Shown: positions 49,072 to 62,149, numbered from the whole stretch's first letter. The stretch: DNA of 63,302 bases, filler included, from Olpidium bornovanus S191 (GCA_017911155.1; 34 parts of 34 records of this genome joined end to end with filler, not necessarily neighbours in it); one strand, 5' to 3'. Numbers and translations: made by a program. The notes: generated by a model not told the origin, from the sequence alone.

Positions 49072-49789
49072 GTGGCCATGACAGGCACCCCGTCGCGGTC
49101 GCCCGTGCCGCCGCAGGAGGTGTGCGTGCCGGCGTTCGATGTTCGCGCATTGGCCGAACAGCTGAGAGCAGCCGATGTGCGCGCCGTGGTTATCCAATTC
49201 ACAAAGGAACACAGGGTGTTCAAAGATGAGAATATTTCGTCATACCTAAAACGGTTTGAGTGCGCGGTGCAGCATTTGGAGCTCACCGATGACGAGTACG
49301 TTTGGTACTTCAAGCTAACTGTGCACGAAGTTTGCGACAAGCAGGTACGCACTGCCACCGAGAGGCGCTCATGGACTCAGTTGAAAGAGCGTCTTCGGGA
49401 GATGTTTTGATCCCGAGACGCGTCTCGGATGACAGCCCGCAAGTTCGAGGAATGGGTAGAAAGCAAGCACGATATGGACAACGTGGAGACCATTCTTAGG
49501 GCGTTTGTTAGAATGTACAAGCAGCTTGACCCGAGTAAGGGCGCTTGTGTTTGACAAGACAGAGTACCTGATGCGCCCGTTGCCTCCGGACCGCCGCGCC
49601 GAAATTGCGAAGGAGTTGCAAGATGGGGAGTACTTTGTGACCGACTGGGAACACGTCACCACGGTCATCCGAGAAGTGGCCCACCGCGACCAGCTGTTGT
49701 GCCGCATGAGGAAGTCACTTTGGATTCGCGTCTCCTCCAAGAAGCGGTGGAGAGAGTGTTGCCGGCCGAGCCTCACTCTTAGGAATTGA
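49072..49789 (+). pseudogene. Ty3/gypsy Gag of element B with stops and a frameshift
   Basis: FDVRALAEQLRAADVRAVVIQFTKEHRVFKDENISSYLKRFECAV...SWTQLKERLREMF*...; it continues in another frame (TEYLMRPLPPDRRAEIAKELQ...DWEHVTTVIREVA). Confidence 0.8.
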
Positions 49790-49822
49790 GGTATTGGGGT
49801 GATGGAATCAAAGATTCTGTAT

Positions 49823-50385
49823 TGTCACACCAGACAGCGGGTACGTTTATGCACAAGAAGACAGCCACACTTCTAGAAGCGCGGGGGCTTCCGGTTAACG
49901 TGCGATCTAGGATTCAGTTCCCTTCCAATTGCACAATTGCAATCTAAAGGTCCCCTTCAGTCCGAAACGCTGGTCCGCTTAAAGCACTTCCGCGACCTTT
50001 ATTAAGGTGCTAGGTAGAACAGAATGTCGGTGTAGAGGGATGGGATGGAGGAGATCGTATGGAGGGGATGAGGTGCGAGGAATCTTGGATTCCTCGCTTT
50101 ATTTATACCCGCGAGCTCCCCCCTTTATTCTTCTACGTCTATATAGGAAAAGCTCGCCTGTCGGAGTCCGTCGGGGTCCGTCAGAACCTTCTTGAACCTT
50201 CCTCCCTTTCTGGGTGCGCTTGGAGCTTGCCCCTTTTCCCCCTGCCCCCCTTTTGGGGACCAGAGGGTTTCCCCCGTGCCCCGTGCCCCTTGCGCACGGG
50301 CCCGGGGGGTTCAGGGGTGTGCTCCGCCACCCCCTTGGCGGAAACCAGGATTCCGCAGCCGAGATGCGATTCCCGCAATTCGCAC
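49823..50385 (-). mobile_element. Probable second LTR inserted into element B
   Basis: A TGTCACACC terminus occurs where Gag similarity stops, and a minus-strand GGTATAAATAAAG TATA-like element lies at about 50097-50109. Confidence 0.5.
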
Positions 50386-50485
50386 NNNNNNNNNNNNNNN
50401 NNNNNNNNNNNNNNNNNNNNNNNNNNNNNTTAATTAATTAANNNNNNNNNNNNNNNNNNNNNNNNNNNNNNNNNNNNNNNNNNNN

Positions 50486-51963
50486 CATGATCGCCGTAGT
50501 TACGTAGCCCTTCAGTTCGTAGTCAACGTTGCTGGCGAGGTTTCGCTCTACGAAGCGCTGAGCAAGCGGAGATGCCTTCGTCTCGTGCAGATAGCGGAAG
50601 AGGACATCGATAGCCAGGATTGTTCGGAAGTCCTGGGAACGAGGCCCAAGCCAGGCTACGATTGGAACCGACGGTCCCGCAACAGAATCTTACTTCGACC
50701 GCCGATCAAGGTACTGCCCATGTGCGTTCCGCTAAAAAAAAAAAAAAAAAGAAAGAAAAAAAACAGCCGTACCATAACCAACCGACCCAACGGTATTGTC
50801 TGAGCTAGGAAACGGTACCGTGCGCGACCGGTAGTTCTCACCGGCCCAGGGCAGGGAGTCCGGAATATTCAACCTCCGTTTCGCGAAATCTGGGATTGGG
50901 TTGCCGCCTACAAGTCCCGCCGCTTTCTCCAGTCTAAGAAGAACCCGGGCGCTGGATATGCCTTCGCCCACTATTATCACCGTCGTGCGTCCTGCTTGGT
51001 AATACGTCTGGTGGTAATGCTTGATGTCGTCGTTGGTCAGCTGAGCAATATACGGGGTGAGGCCGCCGCATTCGTAAGCGTATGTCGTGTCGGGAGGGTA
51101 GATGAGCTGCCGCAAGTTCAAGTCTAGCAAGTCCGCTTCGGTGTGTTCCCGGCTAGCCATTTCCGAAAAAACAACACCCTGCTCTTTGGCTTGCCCATCT
51201 ACGTGATAAACCTGTTAGGCCCAGAAGCATCAGGTGAGAATTCAGCAATACTGGTCTTCGCCCAGGGCTCGGTCACTGGGACCTTTACGGAAGCTCCACC
51301 TCGGTGACGAACTGTTCTTCACGGAGAGTGGGATTTAAAACGTGATCGACGAAGACAGGGAGAACCTCGCACATTCCCTGCTGTCCGGCAGTCACGATGC
51401 TGTAGGCCGTGTGGTCCTCTTTGGGAGGATATCTGCGTCAGAATGTGAACTCAGCTGTTGACGACAGCTCTGTATCCAACACATGTACCTGCTGTGTACG
51501 CGTTGGTTCCGTTCGCAAACTGGCGGTTTGCAAGCGAGTCGAGGAAACCACGGTGGGGGTAATCTGAATAATACGAGAATGTCAGAGGAAGCACGGCGTA
51601 CCTGAACAGCATTCTATATGGAGGCAGGTTCAAGTACCTTCAGAGCCGCAAAATATCACTTTTGAATAGAGGAAGCGCAAGATGTTGTGAGCTGACGCCG
51701 CAAAACACGACAATGTTACGACGGACGGTTGGGATCGCCTACGCACGATGCTCCAACGTGTGTGGCAGTCCTTTGTGGTTGTCCGACAACGTCCCGACCA
51801 CGATGGTCGCGGAGGCAAGCGGACCACGCACATCGGCAAATATGACGCGGAAATCGCATTGCGTGTGTTTGTACACCGTCACCGGAATCGGACGAGTTGG
51901 AAAATCAAAAGTGCACGTCGTCTCGAGCTTGAACGCCGGGTCGGCGCTTCCAGAGACGGCCAT
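50486..51963 (-). CDS. M16C / insulinase-like metallopeptidase (Sdd3/YOL098C-like), N-terminal fragment
   Basis: GPLASATIVVGTLSDNHKGLPHTLEH (HxxEH) / IFCGSE / YPHRGFLDSLANR...GTNAYT / EDHTAYSI / FVTE / VYHVDG....GVVFSEM...YAYECGGL / WLGP...ASPLAQRFVE. Confidence 0.92.
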
Positions 51964-54508
51964 TGCAGCAGCGGACCGACGACAGGGAACCTGCGAGGGA
52001 ACACCAGACAAAGAACTTCCCGGCGTGCGCGTCTGAGGCACTTCGGCGGAGAACAAATGGCGGCCGGGGAGTCGCGCTGGCGCGGCAACGGTCCGGGACG
52101 AAGTCCAGAAGGAAGGGCGGCAGAGACGGTCCAAGGGCTGAAGCTGCTGGCGCCGCCGGTAGGACAGCAGAGATTGTATTGTGGTTGGGCGGTTCTCGCC
52201 GACGGCGGCGGCGGCAATGCAGACAGCAACAGTCCGGGGAACGAAGTTCGGAAGAGCGCCGTTGCTGGCAAACGGGCGGTCCGGAGCGTGACGAGAGCGC
52301 TGCGAAGCCAGAGAGCGCGGTCGCCGGCGGAGCTTGAGCGCAATGGGCTGGTTTCCTCCAAGCCCTGGGAAACGGAGTGTCACGTGACGTCAACCGTTGG
52401 CCCCTTGAATCGGGCTGTTGAGCTTTGTGTTGAGATTATCGCTGTTTCGCGTCATTCCTATTATGTATGTGTTCTTCTTTTTTTTCCTGGGTTTTCTCCG
52501 GTCTTTTCCCGTCATTCTGCATTGATTTTGAGCCGTTCTACGCCATTGGGCGATTTGGGCAAATTATTATAGCTCCCATTGGCTACCACTGTGTTGGTAA
52601 ACAGGTGGGGGGATTCTGAGCACACCCCACTTTTCTGGCGAACTTCGGAACGCTTTCTCTCGGCCCCCAGCCCACCGATTCCCACAAAACTTGTAGGAAA
52701 CCCCCGCACCGCCCGCGCTGTGGAAGAATTTCTACTACGGCGCGCGGAACGAGTGGTGTACTGCGGGAGAATGGATGACGGGGCGTTACCGAGGAAACAA
52801 GCATATTCGGCGAATTAGCAAGGAAGCGGGGCGAAATACTGACGAGGGAGCCGCTGGTGGGAGCAGGGAGTGACGTGGCGGACGCGCTGCGCAATTAAAC
52901 GCGTCCGGGAGTCGGGGGAAGGCACGTTGGGGAGCCGAGTAGAACTCGCACTCCGCTTCGTAGAATAGACGTAGACTTCACCGCCCGAACAAACCAAACG
53001 GAGCAGAACCGGCGGATCGCCCGGGGCGCTCGAGCAGAAGAGAGAGAGAGAGAGAAAAGACGGGATAGACAGAGACCGAGAAGAAGAGAGGATCGAAATT
53101 GTGTTTGTCCTCCCATCGATTTGTCTACTGCCGCCTCCGAAAAGCCTTGGGGCTTAACAGCCGACTCCACCCTCTGATCAAAGTACAAAAATAGTACAAC
53201 AGCGCGCACCTCCTTCCCAAGCTATAGAATAATCAGCGGCCGGGCGGCGGAAAATAAAGAGAAAACGTCTCAAAACGAAGAACTTTTGGCCTTCTTTTGA
53301 CGACTGCGAAGTAAGGACATGNNNNNNNNNNNNNNNNNNNNNNNNNNNNNNNNNNNNNNNNNNNNTTAATTAATTAANNNNNNNNNNNNNNNNNNNNNNN
53401 NNNNNNNNNNNNNNNNNNNNNCACCGCGGACACTGACTTGAGGCAGCAGACCATCTCGGTTGGAATCCTTGTCTACGTGCTCTATGACGAAGGGGAGATG
53501 AAAGATAATCTTGAATCCGTCAAAGAAATGGTCTACCGCATGCGAAAGTTTGATGTTGAAGAGAACAGGCAAAAAACAAACCCAATCACCCGATTCGGCC
53601 GTTGGCCCGCCCTGATTCTACTCAGGAACGGTTCGAGTGTCTCCCGAGGAGACCCTGAGACCTTCCAGGACGCACGAAAGCCGCGGCTCGCCTCAAGAAG
53701 GACGTCGCATGGCAAAAAAAAAAAAGAGGGCAGCCGCGGCAACCCGCACAAGTTTGGCGAAAGAAGAGAAAGTTACGTGCAAAAACCCAACGACGACCCA
53801 CTGATTCCGTGTTCCGAGGTAATTCGCCTTGCTCTGCAAAAAAAAAGAAGAAAAAAAAAAGATATACTGCGGGACCATCCCGCTCCCCGAAAACCGACGA
53901 TGGCAACACGCGCGGAAAAAGTCGCCAGCGGTGCGGGAGGCGCGCCGTTGCCGGGCAGTCACGTCTCGCACGACCGCGGAGCGAAACAGAACCAATGGAG
54001 ACTACCGGTAGCCCATCAAGCGTCAAACGCAGCGGTCATACAACTTTTCTGACGAGCCAAGCGTTGCCACTTGTACGCGATACCTGGGCGTCAGGTATAA
54101 GGTTTTTTTTTTCTTTTTATTTTTTTTATCCAGGCACCAAAAAAGCGGAAATCTCACAGTGTTGCAACTGGATGGTATACCCCCCTGAACCTCTTGGGTT
54201 CTGTCACCATGGGGTCGAAAGATTAACGTTATGAGTTTTTGGTAAATATATATTAATTTACCGACACTGACGTTAAAGGAGAACAAGGAAACGGCGTGTC
54301 AGAACAAGCACGCCCATTGCTGCAATCGCCGCCACACCGCCAAGACCACACCCGTCACGAGGCTGCCGCGGCATTCGTCGCCGCGGTGTCCCCGGCGGTC
54401 AAAATATACAAACGGCGCAAAAAAAAAAAAAAAAACCAAAACGGCAAAACATTCAACTCACGGTTTCGGCCTCCGGGATGATCCGTCGCGACGGCCCGCC
54501 CCCCTCCC

Positions 54509-55372
54509 TCACCAGGAAGACGGGCTGAGCTGCAGCGAAGCCCAGCCGTCTTCCTCGGAGGTCGGGGGGGCCGCCGCCTCACGCCAGAACGACCTGACGA
54601 CCTGCGAGCAGGCGCAGTCGTAGTCGAAGCTTTCCTCCTCGCGGAGGAACGGAGTTCCGGCGGGCCCCGGCGCCACGTGGGGCCCGCCGCCCGGCTCGCC
54701 CGCAGCCGGGACTCCGCTGGCGCGAGCGAAAGGCGTTTGCGGTCCCGAGCCGAAACGCCGCGCTGTCGGTTGGACACGTTCCGCCGCCTCCGCCGCCGTC
54801 GCCGCCCGACCCGCGGGACTCTTTGCGCCCAGGCTTCCGCCGGCGCGGTCGGCAAAAGGCGCGTGCAGAGCAGACCTGAAACTCCGGATGGTGCTGCGCA
54901 CTTCCTCCACGTTCTCCGCCTGGAGTTTTTTGATAATTCCGTCCTGTTCCGTTTCAGGGGAGATGCGGGGTTGAGCAGAGAAGGCGTAAGCCCGAGCACA
55001 CAACTGAGCCGGCTGCTCGAGGGAGGAATCCGCGTCGAGACGTTGTCCTTCCCCTGCCGTCCCTTCCCTCGTTCTTTGGGAATTACCTTCACCCGCAGCT
55101 TCGATTGCAGCTCGTAGACCTTGTGAATCGCCGCGCTGGCCTCCCGCTCCAGTATGTCGCAAATCTCGTGCGTCTCCTCTTTGTCCTCCCTCAGCTCCTT
55201 CACCTCCTGCTCGAGCTCCGCCAGACGCCGCCGAAGCGCGGCTTCCCCTTCCCCTCTCGAGCACGCCTCCAGTTCCTCCACGCGCCTTTTCAGTTCCTCG
55301 TTCTCTTTCTCCAAACCAGCCGTCGCGGCGGACTTCTGCCGTGCGGCATCCCCTTCCGCTCCCGAGCATGCC
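54509..55372 (-). CDS. Coiled-coil protein fragment, unassigned
   Basis: LEKENEELKRRVEELE...LRRRLAELEQEVKELREDKEET...VYELQSKLR shows a heptad pattern, with GT-AG-flanked downstream exons. Confidence 0.5.
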   Translation of the reverse strand, partial: GMLGSGRGCRTAEVRRDGWFGERERGTEKARGGTGGVLERGRGSRASAASGGARAGGEGAEGGQRGDARDLRHTGAGGQRGDSQGLRAAIEAAGEGNSQRTREGTAGEGQRLDADSSLEQPAQLCARAYAFSAQPRISPETEQDGIIKKLQAENVEEVRSTIRSFRSALHAPFADRAGGSLGAKSPAGRAATAAEAAERVQPTARRFGSGPQTPFARASGVPAAGEPGGGPHVAPGPAGTPFLREEESFDYDCACSQVVRSFWREAAAPPTSEEDGWASLQLSPSSW

Positions 55373-55472
55373 NNNNNNNNNNNNNNNNNNNNNNNNNNNN
55401 NNNNNNNNNNNNNNNNTTAATTAATTAANNNNNNNNNNNNNNNNNNNNNNNNNNNNNNNNNNNNNNNNNNNN

Positions 55473-56561
55473 AATGTCAATGTCCGTCATGCGCTTGTAA
55501 TCATTGATAAAAACTTGCGGGATCCAGTACGCGCAAGTGATGTGGACAAATTTGGCAAAAGGGTGATTTATACGCCGGAACGCCCCCGTCGTGGACGGAC
55601 AGAAGGGGCATCGCTGAAGACGGTCGCACTGGCATCAACACGCCTCCAGACTCGTCTCAAGACGCAAACCGCACCAAAAACGTCCCGTCCAAATATCTTG
55701 GCAACCTTCAGGACATACCACGACTTCGGCGGGGGCCGCCTTGCATGCATCACAGTACCACTTCTCATCTGGTTTGGGGACTTTCTCGATGCCGTAGCAC
55801 TCTAGCAGTAGAAAGCCGGGTCAATACGTGATACAGCGTCGCGTCTGCCGAAGAAATGCCGTTCGGGCCGGAAAAATGACACGTACCAAGGTGAACCAGC
55901 ACCTCACATCGGGGACCGTCGCAAAAAACAAACGGGTTTCCGATTCCGCTCTGGTTTTCGAGGCAGATACAACACGTGGTGGGGTCTTCGGTTTTCTGGA
56001 CACGGGGGCATCGAACGGGGAAAGCGGCAAGTAAGGAGAATGGAGAATCTCGACTTCTCTGGGGCGTTGGTATCGACGAGCGAGTGGAGCGAACCGCCCT
56101 ACCCAAGTCTCCAGGAACTCCTTGACCGTCTGATCCGCGCCAAGTTCACAATCAGCGGCCGCTGTGGTCGCAACAGTCGTCACCAGCGTCTCTGGGCCAG
56201 CCGGCTGCCGCTGCCACAGAAAACTCTGGATGGCCGAAAAGTTCGCGTCCGCGTGCCTGCCGAAACCGCCGTCGGGGTCGGAGACAAGGCTCTCGTCCGT
56301 TTCGCAGGGGCGCGAAAGCGCGGGGTCGCCGGCCGCTTCCGCCGGCGGAGGAGAAGTCCCGCTCGGAACCCCGACACTCTCGGCCGCGGGGTTTCCACGC
56401 GCGCTTCCTCCGTCGAAACCGCCGAAATCGCCCAACGTCCCTCCGTCCCCGCGCCCAGCAACGCCAACGCCAGCGCCGCCGCCGGCGCAGGCGGTCCGTG
56501 CGCCTACCGACGCGACGGCGGCAAGCAGGCCCGCCAGCTTGTCAGTGGGCGGACCCTCCAT
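55473..56561 (-). CDS. PZP (PHD-zinc knuckle-PHD) protein, BRPF/JADE/AF10/Nto1-like, fragment
   Basis: CCICLENQSGIGNPFVFCDGPRCEVLVHL / ECYGIEKVP...WYCDAC / CPFCPSTTGAFRR....FVHITCAYWIPQV. Confidence 0.9.
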
Positions 56562-56649
56562 GCTTCTCCCCCGCGGTTTCGCGAACGGCGGCGGAGGCGG
56601 GTCTTGGGGGGGGCGGAGCGGGGGATCCTTTGCTGAGCGCGCGCGGAAG

Positions 56650-56770
56650 GAAAAAAAAAAAAACAAAAACAAACAAACAAAAACAAACAAACAAAAACAA
56701 ACAAACAAAAACAAACAAACAAAAAAATCAAACAAACAAAAAAACAAACAAACAAACAAAAAAACAAAGC
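56650..56770. repeat. (AAAC)n-type microsatellite
   Basis: Seen directly in the sequence. Confidence 0.93.
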
Positions 56771-57111
56771 CAAAAAAACAGGCGGTGCTGACCAAAAAAC
56801 CCCCTTCGGCCGGAGGACGCGCGGCACGGCGCGGGGGGCGGGACACGTGCGCGCCGCAGGTGCCAAAACACAACCAGGGCGAAAAAGAGGGAGCAAACCA
56901 GAGGCGCGCGCGGCGGCTGCGCCCGCGAATGGATCACGCGCGCCACCGCTCGGCCCCGAGGAGGAGGAACCCGCGTGGTGTCGAGCATCGCCGAGGCCCT
57001 CCTTTTGCGGCAGTAGGTCGGGCCGGCGATCGGGTCAAACGCGCGGACCGAAAAAGACAAGCGGTTGAACCGGCCCTGGTGCGTCCCCATCGCCCAACTA
57101 CTGGATCCGCG

Positions 57112-57157
<46 letters not shown>

Positions 57158-57395
57158 GCGGTTTCGNNNNNNNNNNNNNNNNNNNNNNNNNNNNNNNNNN
57201 NNNNNNNNNNTTAATTAATTAANNNNNNNNNNNNNNNNNNNNNNNNNNNNNNNNNNNNNNNNNNNNCGGCGAAGTTATCGTGACTTTCCGTGTGCCTTCC
57301 GTCGGTGTGCTCCTGAGCTGCCAGGCTAAAGTCGCGTGAAGGCTCCTCTGCTGCCGAGACCCACAGAGACTGGGACTCGCCGACCACGCCCGTCT

Positions 57396-58593
57396 CTACG
57401 GCGCGGTCGGCCGACCTTTTAGCGGCTTGGCGTTGGCTCCGGTTCCCGGCGTTGAGGGCGTCGGGCGGACGCTGCGAGGCTTAGTGCAATCGCGGGAGAC
57501 ATGCCCGGGTTCGCCGCAGTTGTAGCATGTGAGGTTTCCACCTCCCCCTTCGCGGCCAATCCGTGCGCGCTGCTGCTGATGGTTTTTCTCCTGATCGACG
57601 AGATAGCACAAAGCCTGGCGCAACTGATCCGTCTCCTGCGCCTGGTGCTGAACGCGCTCGGTCAACTGTTGGGTCGGAAGAGTCATGCGAGCGAGAGCTT
57701 ATGTAACAGCGTCCAGCGCAGCGTCCCCCAGGCGCGGCCTTGTCTTTCGTCGAAGGCGTTTTGTCCTTGTCCTTCTCCTTCTGTGCTGGTTCACGAACGC
57801 GGTGTCGGCGGGTTGTGGATGCACTGGGTTTCTTATGATGTTCGTCGTCTTCCGATTCCGTTGAGTCACGCTGCGAGTTTGTCTCTTCCGCCTCCGAGTC
57901 AGTTTCCGAGGAGGTCAATTCCGAGGAAGAGCTCCCATCGGACTCGGCCCTACGGCGACGGCGGTCCCGTTCCTGCGCTCGACGGGCGCGCCGCATGGTG
58001 TCGATGATGCGCTTTGACACTGCGTACGCGTCGTCCAGAGTCTTTGGTTCGGCGTCCTCGACGCGCACACGGGGCTTCAGCGGCCGGAGGGCGCCGACAA
58101 AGACGTCCTTGGCAAACGGAGCGTCCGGACATTCCAGGGCCTCGCGAGCACGACGGCGGACGCGATCGTGGAGGCGATGCACGGTGTCGCCGGCTTTCCA
58201 TTCGATGTCAAGCAGACGCCGCAGGGCCGTCGAGTCCTGCTTTTTTTTACCAAAGCGTGTTTCCAAGTACTTCCACGCAAGAGGCAAGGTGGCTACCTTC
58301 CCTTCTTCCTTCAGGTATTTCCATTCCGTGGCCGCGTCCTTTTTGAGCACGCCGCGCAGGAAGGCCAAGATCTGCTTTTCCAGACGCAGAGTGTGCTCAT
58401 CTGCCGGCGCAGGCTGTCCTCGCCACAGAGGCTCTTTGTCAGCGATCGCTTGAAGGAGCTCCGGACCGTAATCGGGGGAAGCTTCGAACACGGCCAGGAA
58501 CTCCTCCTTGAAGTCGTGAAAATTCTCTTTGCGTCGTCCGCTGAATGTAGGCAGGCTCAACGTGTTCCCCGTGAAAATGCGCCGAGGCGGCAT
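57396..58593 (-). mobile_element. Retrotransposon Gag (Ty3/gypsy-like, distinct family) with CCHC knuckle after a frameshift
   Basis: LPTFSGRRKENFHDF...WKYLETRFG...KDVFVGAL...PKTLDDAYAVS, then in another frame CYNCGEPGHVSRDC. Confidence 0.85.
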
Positions 58594-58889
58594 GGTTCGA
58601 GGTCAAGAGTTCGAGTGCGTTCGTGAATGCGCAGGCTCAAACGCGGATGACGTGGAAGCGGCGGAAAAACGCGCGAACACGCGCAGGTGAAACAATACTT
58701 GCCGGCGGCCCTGCCTCCTTCGCAAAGGATGAGCAGGGACAACGGGTCACTTGCTCGTGGGTGTCTCGTGTCTCNNNNNNNNNNNNNNNNNNNNNNNNNN
58801 NNNNNNNNNNNNNNNNNNTTAATTAATTAANNNNNNNNNNNNNNNNNNNNNNNNNNNNNNNNNNNNNNNNNNNNCGCTCGCCCTCTTTC

Positions 58890-58906
58890 TCTCTCTCTCT
58901 CTCTCC

Positions 58907-58994
<88 letters not shown>

Positions 58995-59040
58995 CGTTTC
59001 TCTCTCTCTCTTCTCTCTCTCCTGTTTCTTCCTCCGTGCC
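58890..59040. repeat. (CT)n microsatellite
   Basis: Seen directly in the sequence. Confidence 0.97.
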
Positions 59041-60149
59041 TCTCTTTCTCTCGTTTTTCTTCTCTCTCAGCTGCTTTTTCTCTCTCACCGCCCCGCTCTC
59101 CCCCTCCTCTGCGGCGGGCGGGCGGGCCCGGCTGCAGGCGGGACGGGACGACGCGGGCAGGCGGTTTTTTTGGCTTGGCGGCCCGCGGCCCCGTGTGCGG
59201 CTATCCCGCAAGCAAATTCAAAGTATTGGACAAAGCACAAAAAAAAAAGAAAGCTGCAACGTGACTGCCGTGTGCAAACCTGACGCGGACACGCGGAGGC
59301 CGCCAAGAGCAACGGCGGCCGTCCCGCGGCGCCGTTGGTGCCCAACGTTTTTCGCCCGACTGCCTTCTTGCTCGCGTGGGTGAATTCATCCGCTCGAATT
59401 ACAGCGCCGTCTAATGTACGGTGCCAAGCAGAGGCCGTTTATCTGGCGCTGGTCTGTTCCGAGAACGACGTTCCGTTGCCGTCGTTGGTGAATGGGTATC
59501 ATCGTTGCCTTCCAAGCAATGGGACCGAGTTCGAGTCTCGGACGACGCATTTTTTTTCACGGTTATCCCTTTCCGTTTTGTGCTCGAAAAGAATCACGTC
59601 ACCCCGTTTTGTTCCTTCCCTTTTCGCTCGAAAGAAGTTTGTTTTTTTTTGTGGGCGGCGCATCCCCCTTCCCCGTGGATCTGCGGGCAAGGACCGTCGG
59701 CTTTTTTTCTTTTCTTTTTTTTTTTTTTTTTAGTCTTCAAAGGAAAAACACGCGCGTTGGGATAATTGACAAGAAACCCGCACGAGCGAGCTGCGCGAGC
59801 GGCGGACTGCCGGAAGCCCGAGCGCTTTCTCCTCCGCCCAGAAGTGCGTTTTCAAACCTCCGCACGAAAACCCCTTAAAACCGAAAATACAACCGGCTGA
59901 AATTTGGGCATCCGGGCTGAACGGGGGGGGGAAGCGGGGGGAANNNNNNNNNNNNNNNNNNNNNNNNNNNNNNNNNNNNNNNNNNNNTTAATTAATTAAN
60001 NNNNNNNNNNNNNNNNNNNNNNNNNNNNNNNNNNNNNNNNNNNCATGTATGCCCTTCCCGTGTGAGGCGATCAAATTTTGGGGGAACGCGATTGCTGTCT
60101 GGTACGATGAAGGAAAACGATGAGCCCCCCCGTTTCTGCATAACTTTTC

Positions 60150-62149
60150 GAAGACAGTTCATACGTGCGCACAGTGCTAATGTTACTTCGATCTTCCAGC
60201 CATCGCAGCGCAGTTTCGCCGACGCTCCGAAAGAATTCGAGGGGTTCGGCGCGTTCATCTTCCAGGGGAACGCCGCCAGGGCTCCGAAAAACCCGGTTCT
60301 CTACTATGACGCGGGCGCTGGGGAAGGATCAAAAATTGAGCGGTCTCCGCGAACCTCATCACTTTTTTTCCAAAAAGGTGCGTGAAAAACGGTGCCTTAC
60401 CGCTTGCTTTTCTCGTCCACGCTTGCCGCCAGTACAGTCTTTTCGTACTGGACCGGACCATTAGGTTCGGGAATTCTGAACTCGTGGGTGGTCCGCGTCC
60501 AATGTCGATAGGCGAACAGGGTGAGGAAGCTGTTGTCCGCCGTGCCCCGGATGGGAAGGTAGAAGACCCTGCCGGAACTGTCGCGCAACTCGATGCGCGA
60601 CATGAAAGACGTAGTCATGGCGGCAGTAAACTTGACGATTACGGTGAGTTTCTCGCCGTCCGCCTTCAAGAGCTTCCCTTCGGGAAAAGCGATGCTGACC
60701 CCCAGCTTCTCCACGTCTTCCGGGATGCTGTACCGGACTTCCGACCGTTCGCAGCCGTGATTGGTGATGCTCGACGCCGCGGAAGATTCTACACCAAGGG
60801 GCACGATAGGCAGGTGCAGTTCATTTGGGCTGAAGGTGAGGCTAGGCTCCACCCCGGCTCCGTATACCTCCAGCACGAACGGTGCGGTGCCGACGAGATC
60901 CATGTGGACAGGCACGGTGGCTTTGAATTGGCCGACCGTCTCCGTGTTAAACGTGATCGTCACATGAGCACTTTCGTTGGGCGCCAGCGTGCCTCTCTGG
61001 GGTTCGAAACGGAAAACGTTGTCGTCCACGGCGTCTTCGGTGTCAAGCCAGTATTTCAGCGTCTTGTTACAGTTGTTCGTGAGGCTCACGGTCTCCCGAA
61101 GCGCGCCCGCCAGATGAACGCCCATGGTCCCGATATCCTTGTAGACGACTTTGCTCTTAAACACGACACTGCGTCTGGAAAAGAGCAGGGGAGAAGGGAC
61201 CGATTCGGCCAGGACTGGGATGTTCCAGAACCTGCCCGCGTGCCCCACCAATTTAATTGGAAGGTCGAACTTGTGCGTGCGTATCACGACCGGCCGGTAG
61301 GTCAAAACCAGCGTGATCGTCTCACCCGTGGGTTGCATGTCTAGCAAGTACATCTTCCCCTCGACAGGGTTTTCTCTCGCCGTTGGAATGCCGCTGACGT
61401 TCAGAGTCGACTTCGGTACCAATTGCTGGGTAGATATATTGACTCCGCCATCTTTGGCTGCTGCCGCAGGGGCCGGCTGCCCTTGACTGTCTGTCACGGA
61501 GGCCGCGTTTGCCGGTAAAGCGGATCGCCATCTCTGCCACTTGTAGGCGGGGTGTTCATTGGATATGACGTGGAGAACGCACGTCCTACGCGTGTTGCTG
61601 AACGCCTGATGGTCGCCCGCCGCTGCCATTGCCATCGCCGCCGCCCAAGGGTCGGACGTGTTGTCATCTAACGTCAGCTCGAACGCCGGATGATCGCGCA
61701 AGTCCAGAATTACCCGCGCCGGTACAGTTCCTTTGTTGGCTAGCCGCAGGGGAACAGAGCTCCAGCTTCCCAAAATCGTTCCCGTTTGGGACATGTCGCA
61801 CTTTGACGTGGATACTTCCACCTCAGGCAGCCGCGCCTCGTATTTGACAGGAACTCGTATGGGCTTTCCACTGCCGATGACGTTTATCTGGACCGTCTCC
61901 GTGCAAGCGGTTCCCGGCCCCAGCGCAATGACGGACACTTTGATGTCTAACACTTCCCCGGACCCGATTACCGCTTGCGGCGGATCGATTTGGAGCTTCG
62001 AATGATGTACGAAGTTGGTAGATTTCATCATGGCGAAGGCCGGATTCGAGCCGACATTTTTAATCTTGATCAGCTGGAACCCTCCCGCGCTGCCGCTCGT
62101 AGTATCGCTGTTTGCCTGCGCCTGCAGTCCTCCAGGATGCAACATCAGC
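60150..62149 (-). CDS. CFAP47: Cilia- and flagella-associated protein 47, internal fragment (tandem Ig/PapD-like domains)
   Basis: 582-aa open stretch: LKLINKG-type domain starts (PLRLANKG, VSLTNNC), FRFEPQRGTLAP...ITFN....FKATVPVHMD...LEVYG..VEPSLTFSP..L.LP.VPL, FPEG and RGTADNSFLTLFAY. A further exon at about 60150-60285 contains ALRWL. Confidence 0.78.

Noticed and set aside
49369-49420. TGA at 49408 as programmed Gag readthrough
   Set aside because: Further stops and a frameshift follow, and the element is interrupted by another insertion. Decay is the simpler explanation.
42944-62149. Ciliary gene cluster (B9D1, SHIPPO-like, CFAP47)
   Set aside because: The genes lie on different contigs separated by artificial linkers, so there is no evidence of physical linkage.
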